From Armatimonadota bacterium (GTDB taxonomy: Bacteria; Armatimonadota; UBA10988), in contig JACRKZ010000091.1 in NCBI GenBank assembly GCA_016235455.1, forward strand, positions 1-21,571: a stretch of 21,571 nt of DNA, given 5' to 3'. Below the pieces are notes generated by a model. The model saw only the letters and a list, made by a program, of their open reading frames with translations. It was not told the origin of the DNA and ran no database searches. Positions 1-7,569 of the stretch are shown piece by piece. A program made the position numbers and the translations under genes. How positions within the stretch are numbered: position 1 is the stretch's first letter; every line of letters begins with the position of its first letter.

Positions 1-855
1 CTGCGCGGCAAGGCGCCGACGCGGGTCTGGCAGCGCCTGCCCGAGGAGACCTTCGACACGCCCGAGAACCGCTTCGTGCGCGGCTTCTGCGAGGCCTTGG
101 GCAGCGCCATCGCCGCCCTGCCACGCCAGCCCTGGTGGCCCAACGTGCCGGATAGCAAGCTGCGCTTGCTGACCGACGCCAAGGCGGCGCTGGCCGGGGC
201 ACTGCGCGCGGAGCCGCTGGTGGACGCCGGCCCGATGCGTCGGCTGCCGTTCGCTTCACAAGTGCTGCTGCGGCGCGACGGGTACCGCGAACTGCGAGAC
301 CTGTGGCAGCGCTTCCAGTTGGCCCGCCGGCCGCTGTTCGGCGCGCTATCTGAAGCGCTTGAGCTGCGGGATGTGGCGACGCTGTATGAGATGTGGGTGT
401 TCTTCGCGCTGGTCGATGAGCTGGCGGAGGTGACGGGTGTGGAGCCGGTGGTGAGCGTCGAGCCGGAGTTGCACCTGCAGCACCAGACCGCCAGGGCGAC
501 GTTTGGCCCGGCCGGCACGCTGTGGTACAACCGCGGCCGCCGAGGCTACTCGGGCCTGCTCAAGCCCGATTACCTGTGGCGCGTGTCCGGCCGGGATCGC
601 GTGGCTTTCGATGCCAAGTTCCGCATGACGCCCGACGAGATGGCCGGGGAGAACGTGGCCAAACGAGCAGACCTGGACAAGATGCACACCTACCGCGACG
701 CTCTTGCGCTGGATGCGGCGGTCTGTGTGTATCCGGGCGATGTGTCGGTGTTTCGGTGTACAGACGGGACCAGCGTCGACGGCGTCGGCGTGCGCGAGGT
801 GGTTGAGGGACTGGCAGGCGTCGGGGCGTTGGCGCGACGGCCGGGGAAGGGGTGA
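1..855 (+). CDS. McrC-like DUF2357 + PD-(D/E)XK nuclease, 5'-truncated by the window edge
   Basis: Frame is open from base 1 (LRGKAPTRVWQRLPEETFDTPENRFV...). It has the DTPENRFV motif of DUF2357, LYEMWVFF, and a C-terminal KPDY...FDAKFR...DLDKMHTYRDAL nuclease core. It ends 3 nt upstream of an McrB-like GTPase. Confidence 0.88.
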   Translation: MRGKAPTRVWQRLPEETFDTPENRFVRGFCEALGSAIAALPRQPWWPNVPDSKLRLLTDAKAALAGALRAEPLVDAGPMRRLPFASQVLLRRDGYRELRDLWQRFQLARRPLFGALSEALELRDVATLYEMWVFFALVDELAEVTGVEPVVSVEPELHLQHQTARATFGPAGTLWYNRGRRGYSGLLKPDYLWRVSGRDRVAFDAKFRMTPDEMAGENVAKRADLDKMHTYRDALALDAAVCVYPGDVSVFRCTDGTSVDGVGVREVVEGLAGVGALARRPGKG

Positions 856-858
856 GCT

Positions 859-3450
859 ATGGCAGACCGGATTGACGACGGCCATTCAAAGACGGCGGTT
901 CCGCAGCCGCAGCGTCGAGAGGACGCCGACCAAGCGCTGGCACCGCGGGAGCGCCGCATCTGGTGGTACCGCGACCAACGGACCGCGGGGTACTACCAGA
1001 TTGAGTTGCCGTGGACCGGTGGAGGCGCCGGCACGGGGCCGCACGCCCTTCGCCTTATCGAGGTCGCGGCAGGCGACCTGATCCTGCGCTTTGACCCCAA
1101 CACGGCAGAGGTCTACGGCGTGTGTGAGGCAACAGAGCCGGCGAAAGAAGTCGGCACGGCAGGCGCCTCCTCGGTTGTGGTCGGCGTGACCAGCCGTCGC
1201 TGTCGCCCTCGTATCCAGATACGCCCGCTCGCCGGTCGCTTGGCGCCGCTGGCGGCCGATGCGACTGACGACTGGCCCATAGGCGCCGACCAGCAGGTGC
1301 GGGTCGGCAGCTTCTACCGGTTCAGCGACGAAGGGCTGCGGGTCCTTCTTGCGTCAATCGGGCAGACGTCCTTGGCGCAGTGGATGAGATCAATCAGCCA
1401 GAGCGATGAGCCCGCTGAGGAGGTCACATCGCCGACCAGGAGCCCAAGGGTGTGGTGGGCAATGGTCGGTCGACAAGCTTCGAAGAAGCAGTATGGCGAC
1501 TGCCTGTGGGCCATGACGGGCACCGGGAAGCGCGACTGGAACCGCATCTCCGAGTTGCGGACCGACGATGTCGTGGTGACCTACGGCGACGGCCAGGTTA
1601 CCGGTCTATACCGAGTGACCGGCGATCCGCAGCAGAGCACCGTGCCGCCGGGTTATCTGACAGACAAGCCGGCGGATACGCCCGGCATGCGAGTGCCGGT
1701 CAAGCACCATGCCTTCGCGCGCCCACTGCCCAACGGCACATTTGCCGCAGCCTTGCTCAGCCTCGGCTTGGACGACGGTCCGCTGCGTTCCAACACGGAC
1801 GGGAAGATCGGCTTCATTTACGAGCTGACGCCCGAAGGCTTGCGGGTCCTGCGCAACTTGTCCGATGAAGAGTGGCCGGAATGGGCTACTGCCGCGCTGC
1901 CTAAGGCCACCGACCCAACGCTGCCGCTCGATCCCCCAGCAGTCGCCACCATGCGGCGCGCTGGCTTGCTGCTCGCTCAGTTCCAGCTTGGCCTTGCTGC
2001 CGCCGGCCTCCACTACACGGAGCACCAGCTCGCAACCTTCCTAACATCGCTTCAGACCAAGGGAGTCGTCATTCTCAGCGGTATCAGCGGCACGGGCAAG
2101 ACAAAGATCGCGCAGTACCTAGCGACAACAATGCCTAACGCGACGGCGCGCTCAGACACTGTGCCTGGCGCAGGCCGCGCGGTGCGGCTGACGCGGACGG
2201 ATATTGAGGGCGGGAAGATCTATCTCCGCAAGCCAGTCCGAGTGGACTTGCCCATGCCACTGCTGGGCGAGACGTGGCGCGTCCAGGTTCGCTTCGGGGA
2301 CGGCCGACTTGGCGACGGCACTGTCACGCACTACAACAAAGACGCTGGCCCAGACCTAAGCCTTCGCGGCGAGGCGAGCCAGTGGTTCAAACGCAATTTC
2401 AGAAGCGGCGACATCATCATCCTGAATCCGACCCTCGACGATGACGGCCAGGTCATCGCCTTCGACCTCGGTACCCCCGAGGACTTCGCCGACCCCTCGG
2501 CGCCGAAGGTCACGACGCCCAACCACCTCTTCCTGCCCGTCCGGCCCGACTGGCGCGACTCCAAGCCGCTGCTCGGCTACTACAACCCGCTCACCGAGAG
2601 CTACGTCCGCACCGAGTTCCTCGACTTCCTGTTGCGCGCCGACGCCAACTGGCGCTCGGGTGAGCCCATCGCCTGGTTCGTCATCCTCGACGAGATGAAC
2701 CTGGCACGGGTCGAGTACTACCTCGCCGACCTGCTCAGCGTGCTGGAGTCAGGCCGCGACGCCGACGGCCGGACCCGCGAGGCGCTGACCTTCGCGGTGC
2801 CAGACGACGCTGATGGCTGGCTGCCACCGCGTGCGCTGCACCTACCGCCGAACCTGTACTTTGTCGGCACGGTCAACGTCGACGAGACCACCCACGCCTT
2901 CAGCCCCAAGGTGCTCGACAGAGCCTTCACCATCGAGCTCTCGCAGGCCGACTTCGCTGACTACCCACCCGCGGTCGGCGATGCCGACGATCTGTCGGAT
3001 GAGGTGCGGAACCAGCTTCTGAAGCAGTTCAGTGATGATGGACGCTGGCCGGTGATCGACAAGGCCATGGTGCGCGAGATCGTCGAGCAGGAGCCCTGGC
3101 TGCGTGCCGATCTGACGGATCTCAACGCCCGGCTGGGTGACGACGGCCTGCAGTTCGCCTACCGCGTGTTCGACGAGATCGCCTGTTTCGTGTGGCGCGC
3201 GGCGCGCAACGGCATGTGGGGCGGCGATCTGCGCGCGGCGTTCGATGAAGCCGTGCTGATGAAGGTGCTGCCCAAGTTCCACGGCTCGCGCGCGCGGCTG
3301 GAAGAGCCGCTGAGGCAGGTGCTGGCTTGGTGCGCCGGAACGGACCCGGCCGATCTGGAGCAGGTTAGCGGCGTCCGCTATCCGCGGACGTGGGCGCGGG
3401 CTGCGCGGCTGCTGCGAGACGTTGAGCGCGACGGGTTCGCGGCGTTCTGA
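859..3450 (+). CDS. McrB-family AAA+ GTPase (NxD type) with N-terminal tandem PUA/EVE-like domains
   Basis: Walker A ILSGISGTGKT; VRPDW...LLGYYNP; Walker B FVILDEMNLARVEYY; signature GTVNVDETTHAFSPKVLDRA; C-terminal MKVLPKFHG and GFAAF. Confidence 0.92.
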   Translation: MADRIDDGHSKTAVPQPQRREDADQALAPRERRIWWYRDQRTAGYYQIELPWTGGGAGTGPHALRLIEVAAGDLILRFDPNTAEVYGVCEATEPAKEVGTAGASSVVVGVTSRRCRPRIQIRPLAGRLAPLAADATDDWPIGADQQVRVGSFYRFSDEGLRVLLASIGQTSLAQWMRSISQSDEPAEEVTSPTRSPRVWWAMVGRQASKKQYGDCLWAMTGTGKRDWNRISELRTDDVVVTYGDGQVTGLYRVTGDPQQSTVPPGYLTDKPADTPGMRVPVKHHAFARPLPNGTFAAALLSLGLDDGPLRSNTDGKIGFIYELTPEGLRVLRNLSDEEWPEWATAALPKATDPTLPLDPPAVATMRRAGLLLAQFQLGLAAAGLHYTEHQLATFLTSLQTKGVVILSGISGTGKTKIAQYLATTMPNATARSDTVPGAGRAVRLTRTDIEGGKIYLRKPVRVDLPMPLLGETWRVQVRFGDGRLGDGTVTHYNKDAGPDLSLRGEASQWFKRNFRSGDIIILNPTLDDDGQVIAFDLGTPEDFADPSAPKVTTPNHLFLPVRPDWRDSKPLLGYYNPLTESYVRTEFLDFLLRADANWRSGEPIAWFVILDEMNLARVEYYLADLLSVLESGRDADGRTREALTFAVPDDADGWLPPRALHLPPNLYFVGTVNVDETTHAFSPKVLDRAFTIELSQADFADYPPAVGDADDLSDEVRNQLLKQFSDDGRWPVIDKAMVREIVEQEPWLRADLTDLNARLGDDGLQFAYRVFDEIACFVWRAARNGMWGGDLRAAFDEAVLMKVLPKFHGSRARLEEPLRQVLAWCAGTDPADLEQVSGVRYPRTWARAARLLRDVERDGFAAF

Positions 3451-3478
3451 GGGCTGTCCGCCGGCCTGCGTGGGCGAC

Positions 3479-3558
3479 GGGAAAACGGGGACAGGCTCGA
3501 TCTACGACCGTCGGCGCGGCCGCCGCCGGTCCGTAATCGACCCAGTCCCCGTTTTCCC
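3479..3558. repeat. ~80-nt imperfect palindrome (REP-like; possible bidirectional terminator) between convergent genes
   Basis: Perfect 14-bp outer arms GGGAAAACGGGGAC (3479-3492) and GTCCCCGTTTTCCC (3545-3558), with nested pairs TCGAT/ATCGA, TACG/CGTA, ACCG/CGGT and CGGCG/CGCCG. Confidence 0.8.
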
Positions 3559-3569
3559 TGCCGACTGCG

Positions 3570-4919
3570 TCACTGCTGCATGTCGACTGACTCGTCGTCC
3601 ACCACCACGCCCTCATGGCCATCGCGCTGGAACTTGAGCCGGTGATAGGCCACGGTGCGCCGCGAGATCGTCGTGCCGTAGTCGTTCTCCAGCACGGCGC
3701 GGATCTCGTTGTCGGTCAGGTGCGGGTTGCGCTCGACGATGCGGCGGACCACATCGGTCTTCTTCTGGAAGAGGAACTTCAGCTCCATCAGCCCGTCGGG
3801 CGTGTCGATGATCTTGTCGCGCAGCAGCCGGCAGACGGTGGCCTCGTCCTCGCCCAGCTCGCGCGCAATATCGGCCTGGGAGAGCGGCTTGAGCGCATAG
3901 ACATCGCGCGTGAGGAAGAAGCGGTACTGGAACTGGCAGACCGCCATGACCAGCCGACAAAGGAGCGTCTTGCGCTGGTTGATCCACTGGAGTTCCAGCA
4001 GCAGGTTCTCCGCATCCTCGACATCGCTCAGGTCGGCCGCCCGGCTCAGCGCGTCGGGGCTGGTGCGGTAGCGCTGGCTGTAGACGCCATCATCGGTGAA
4101 GCTGATGGCCACACAGCGCTCGTGGTCGGTGAGCAGCACCTTGGCCACCGGGCGCAGCTCAGTCGCCGGCGAGTTGCCGGCCGAGGCGCGGGTCGAGCTC
4201 TCGGTGGTGCCGCCGCCGGAGACGAAGGTCTCCACGATGTGCAGCCGACCCAAGGCCTCGAGGATCTCCTCGACCTCGTTGAGCGGCGCCTTGTAGCGCT
4301 CGGCCAACACCGCCGCCGGCTCGCTGCCCTGCATGAAATCGCGCAGGAAGTCGCCTTGCTCCAGGCCGTAACCGTCCACAAACTCGCGCATGAGCACGAT
4401 GCTGTCGGTCATGTCGACATCGGCGCGCGAGGGGATCAGCTCGACGTAGTCCGGCTCGTTCTCGTCGAACTCGGCGCCCGTGCCGCCGCCGACGCCACCG
4501 TCCATGCCGTAGTGGTCCGAGGTGACCCGCTGGTAGTACTCGATGATCTTCTTGAGCTTGGGCGCCGGCGCGGCATAGCGCTCGGCCAGCTCGGGCAGGC
4601 GGGTCAGCGCCTCGCGGTCCAGGAAGTCGCGTTCCCACTGGTCGTGCTGCGTGACCTTGTACTGCTTGAGGAACTGCATGAGTTGCACATCCATGTACTC
4701 CTCATACTTCTCCCGCGGCACGCGACCCCGTGTCTTGACCCGGCGGATGGCCCCCGCCTCCACCAGTCGCTGGAAGGCCGGCGAATCCTCGACGGTCCGC
4801 ACATAGTCGCGGAACTCATCCTCCGGCCGGTCCAACAGATCGATCAGCTGCCGCGGCGGTCGCCTGACCGCCAACTGCGCCTTCACCTGGACCCGAACCC
4901 TGACCTCCGGCCGGTTCAT
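3570..4919 (-). CDS. Divergent RNA polymerase sigma-54 (RpoN)-like protein
   Basis: C-terminal QRKTLL...QFQYRFF...LKPLSQADIARELGEDEATVCR...KIIDTPDGLMELKFLF...LTDNEI...ISRRTVAYHR follows the RpoN HTH and RpoN-box layout. The N-terminus resembles Region I (QLIDLL...E...SP). Start moved to ATG 4919, which has an AGGAG RBS at 4930-4926. Confidence 0.78.
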   Translation of the reverse strand: MNRPEVRVRVQVKAQLAVRRPPRQLIDLLDRPEDEFRDYVRTVEDSPAFQRLVEAGAIRRVKTRGRVPREKYEEYMDVQLMQFLKQYKVTQHDQWERDFLDREALTRLPELAERYAAPAPKLKKIIEYYQRVTSDHYGMDGGVGGGTGAEFDENEPDYVELIPSRADVDMTDSIVLMREFVDGYGLEQGDFLRDFMQGSEPAAVLAERYKAPLNEVEEILEALGRLHIVETFVSGGGTTESSTRASAGNSPATELRPVAKVLLTDHERCVAISFTDDGVYSQRYRTSPDALSRAADLSDVEDAENLLLELQWINQRKTLLCRLVMAVCQFQYRFFLTRDVYALKPLSQADIARELGEDEATVCRLLRDKIIDTPDGLMELKFLFQKKTDVVRRIVERNPHLTDNEIRAVLENDYGTTISRRTVAYHRLKFQRDGHEGVVVDDESVDMQQ

Positions 4920-4929
4920 GCAGCACTCC

Positions 4930-4945
4930 TGGCAAGTTAGTTGCA
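4930..4945 (+). promoter_or_regulatory. Sigma-54-type -24/-12 element
   Basis: TGGCAAGTTAGTTGCA matches TGGCA-N6-TTGCA with exact GG-N10-GC spacing and lies beside an rpoN-like gene. Confidence 0.6.
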
Positions 4946-5000
4946 ATGGAAGTCTAGCTCACACCCGGGCCGGCGTCAACCCTCAGCGCCCAGGCGCCTC

Positions 5001-5064
5001 CCCCAGAAAACGGTGTCAGGACCCGTTTCTCTCGCGAAACGGGTCCTGACACCGTTTTCTGGGG
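5001..5064. repeat. Perfect 29-bp inverted repeat with 6-nt loop (REP-like palindrome)
   Basis: CCCCAGAAAACGGTGTCAGGACCCGTTTC - TCTCGC - GAAACGGGTCCTGACACCGTTTTCTGGGG. Confidence 0.92.
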
Positions 5065-5090
5065 CGCCCGAGATTCCTCGCCGCAAGTTC

Positions 5091-5119
5091 TTGACTAATT
5101 GGGTCCAATTGTCCATAAT
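5091..5119 (+). promoter_or_regulatory. Sigma-70-type promoter for hcp with a palindromic operator-like spacer
   Basis: TTGACT-17 nt-CATAAT; the spacer contains AATTGG-GT-CCAATT; AT-rich patch about 50 nt upstream of the hcp ATG. Confidence 0.7.
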
Positions 5120-5171
5120 AGCCTTGTCGCGGCCGGATGGCGGCCCGGCGGACCTGACGGAGGACGCGAGG

Positions 5172-6818
5172 ATGTTCTGTTTCCAGTGTGAGCAGGCAGC
5201 CAAGGGCACGGGCTGCACGATTGTCGGTGTGTGTGGCAAAACGCCGGAGACGGCTGCGTTGCAGGACCTGCTGGTCTACAGCGCCAAGGGTCTGAGTCAG
5301 TGGGCGGTGCGGGCGCGCTCGCTGGGCGTGACCGACCATGCGTGGGACGTGGCGGTGATGGAAGCGCTGTTCACCACGGTGACCAACGTGAACTTCGACC
5401 CGGCCAGTGTGGCCCAGCGCATCTGGAATGTGGTGGACCTGCGCGACGCGGCCAAGGCCGCCTACCTGGCTGCGTGCGCGGCCCAGGGCAAGACGCCCGA
5501 CGCGCCCGGCGGCCCAGCCGACCTGGTGGTCGAGCGCGAGCAGCAGGCGCTGTCGGCGCAGGCGGCCGTGGCCTCCATCGAGGACCGCATGGACCACCTG
5601 GGCGAGGACATCGTCGGTCTGCAGGAGATGCTGACCTACGGCCTCAAGGGCATGGCGGCCTATGCCGACCACGCCATGGTACTGGGGCAGGAAGACGATG
5701 TGGTCTACGCCTACCTGCACGAGGCGCTGGACTTCCTGTGCGACCCGAGCCCGACGGTCGAGGCGCTGCTGGCGCAGAACATGCGCTGTGGCGAGATCAA
5801 CCTGCGCGTGCTGGAACTGCTCGACTCGGCCAACACGGGCGCCTATGGCCATCCGGTGCCGACCAGCGTTCGCACCACGCCGGTGGCGGGCAAGTGCATC
5901 CTGGTCTCGGGCCACGACCTGAAGGACCTCGAAGTGCTGCTGCAGCAGACCGAGGGCACGGGCATCAACATCTACACGCACGGTGAGATGCTGCCGGCGC
6001 ACGGCTATCCCGAGCTCAACAAGTACCCGCACCTCGTGGGCCACTATGGTGGCGCCTGGCAGCTGCAGTGGGGCGAGTTCGGCCAGTTCCCCGGCTCGAT
6101 TGTGATGACCACCAACTGCATTCAGGAGCCCATGGACTCCTATGCCGACCGCATCTTCACCTGCGGGCTGGTGGCCTGGCCGGGCATCGGCCATATTGCC
6201 GGGCGCGACTTCGCGCCGGCCATCGCGGCGGCGCAGGCGGCGGCCGGGTTCGGCGCCACCGACCCCGACGAGAAGGCCGTCATGGTTGGCTTCGGCCACA
6301 ACACGGTGCTGGGCGTGGCCCCGGCCGTGATCGACGCGGTCAAGGCCGGCGTGCTCAAGCGCTTCGTGCTCATCGGCGGCTGCGATGGTGCCAAGCCGGG
6401 CCGCAACTACTTCACCGAGCTGGCCACCGGCCTGCCCCAGGACACGGTTGTGCTGACCCTGGGCTGCGGCAAGTTCCGCTTCAACAAACAGGAGTTCGGC
6501 ACGCTGGGCGGCCTGCCGCGGCTGCTGGACATGGGCCAGTGCAACGACGCCTACTCGGCCATCAAGGTGGCCGTGGCCCTGGCCGAGGCGTTCGGCTGCG
6601 GCGTCAACGACCTGCCGCTGTCGCTGGTGCTGAGCTGGTATGAGCAGAAGGCCTGCTGCATCCTGCTGAGCCTGCTCTACCTGGGCATCAAGAACATCCG
6701 CATCGGACCGAGCCTGCCCGCCTTCGCGACGCCGGCCATCCTCGATGTGCTGGTGAACCAGTTCGGCCTGCTGCCCACGGGCACGGTCGAGAAGGACATG
6801 GCCGCTATCATCGGCTGA
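5172..6818 (+). CDS. hcp: Hybrid cluster protein (hydroxylamine/NO reductase)
   Basis: Starts MFCFQCEQ...GC...GVCGK (C-X2-C-X8-C-X5-C, class I-like spacing); motifs THGEMLPAH, TTNC, GGCDG, LGCGKFRFN, GQCNDAYS and SWYEQKA; GGAGG RBS upstream of ATG 5172. Confidence 0.97.
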   Translation: MFCFQCEQAAKGTGCTIVGVCGKTPETAALQDLLVYSAKGLSQWAVRARSLGVTDHAWDVAVMEALFTTVTNVNFDPASVAQRIWNVVDLRDAAKAAYLAACAAQGKTPDAPGGPADLVVEREQQALSAQAAVASIEDRMDHLGEDIVGLQEMLTYGLKGMAAYADHAMVLGQEDDVVYAYLHEALDFLCDPSPTVEALLAQNMRCGEINLRVLELLDSANTGAYGHPVPTSVRTTPVAGKCILVSGHDLKDLEVLLQQTEGTGINIYTHGEMLPAHGYPELNKYPHLVGHYGGAWQLQWGEFGQFPGSIVMTTNCIQEPMDSYADRIFTCGLVAWPGIGHIAGRDFAPAIAAAQAAAGFGATDPDEKAVMVGFGHNTVLGVAPAVIDAVKAGVLKRFVLIGGCDGAKPGRNYFTELATGLPQDTVVLTLGCGKFRFNKQEFGTLGGLPRLLDMGQCNDAYSAIKVAVALAEAFGCGVNDLPLSLVLSWYEQKACCILLSLLYLGIKNIRIGPSLPAFATPAILDVLVNQFGLLPTGTVEKDMAAIIG

Positions 6819-6840
6819 CAGCGCAAGCGCATCTGCTGAG

Positions 6841-6896
6841 AGCATGGATGGGCGCAGATGACGGGTCACCCGACCCGCTGCGTCCATCCGCTGCTT
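6841..6896. repeat. Imperfect hairpin downstream of hcp
   Basis: GGATGGGCGCAG pairs with CTGCGTCCATCC around an inner CGGGTC-ACCC-GACCCG stem; only a short T run follows. Confidence 0.5.
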
Positions 6897-7002
6897 TGGG
6901 GGCGTGCAGCAGGCCCGTCGCAGACGATGACCGGGAAGGAGTGGCCGGCGCGGTGGCCAACAAGGCATTGGGGCGCCTTGGGGCGCGCCCGCGGTGACCA
7001 CC

Positions 7003-7569
7003 ATGCGCACGACTGCGCTCGCAATGGCCGCGTGGATGGCAGTGGCGATGGCCATCGGTTGGCCGGCGGCGGCGGAAGAGCCGGTCAAGTCGGGCCCTCA
7101 GCCAGGCCAGCCCGTGCCCGGCGCTTTCGAACCGTTGAACATCACCGGCGAGCACGCCGGCGAGCGCTACTGCCTGACCTGCGCGGCGGGCCTGCAGCCG
7201 GAGGTGATGATCTTCGCCCGGACTCTGAGCGAACCGCTGCTGAAGCTGCTCAAACGCCTCGAGACCGCCATCGCGAAGCACAGCAAGCAGGGCCTGGGCA
7301 GCTTCTGCGTCTTCCTGAGCGAGGCCGAAGGGCTTGACCAGCAACTGCGCGACGCCGCGGAGAAGCACGGCTTGGCGCAGGTGGTGCTGGCCATCGACGC
7401 ACCCGAAGGGCCCGACGGTTACGATCTGGCCAAGGAGGCCGACGTGACCGTGGTGCTGTACGAGCAGCACATCGTCCGCGCCAACCACGCGCTGCGCGCT
7501 GGTGGCCTCGACGACGCGGCCATCGGCCGAGTCATGGCCGATCTCGCCAAGATACTGCCCGCCGAATGA
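7003..7569 (+). CDS. Secreted thioredoxin/redoxin-like fold protein with CxxC (start 6994 GTG or 7003 ATG)
   Basis: Signal peptide (MRTTALAMAAW...AAA-EE); SGPQPGQPVP...F.PLNITG...CLTC...VMIFAR resembles a redoxin N-terminus; ATGA overlap with the next ORF. Confidence 0.65.
   Translation: MRTTALAMAAWMAVAMAIGWPAAAEEPVKSGPQPGQPVPGAFEPLNITGEHAGERYCLTCAAGLQPEVMIFARTLSEPLLKLLKRLETAIAKHSKQGLGSFCVFLSEAEGLDQQLRDAAEKHGLAQVVLAIDAPEGPDGYDLAKEADVTVVLYEQHIVRANHALRAGGLDDAAIGRVMADLAKILPAE

Noticed and set aside
3615-4940. 441-aa + strand ORF
   Set aside because: Antisense shadow of the sigma-54-like gene; no motifs; typical of high-GC codon bias.
4941-5171. 77-aa N-terminal extension of Hcp in the ORF track
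   Set aside because: It runs through the palindrome and promoter; Hcp proteins begin at MFCxQC, and an RBS precedes ATG 5172.
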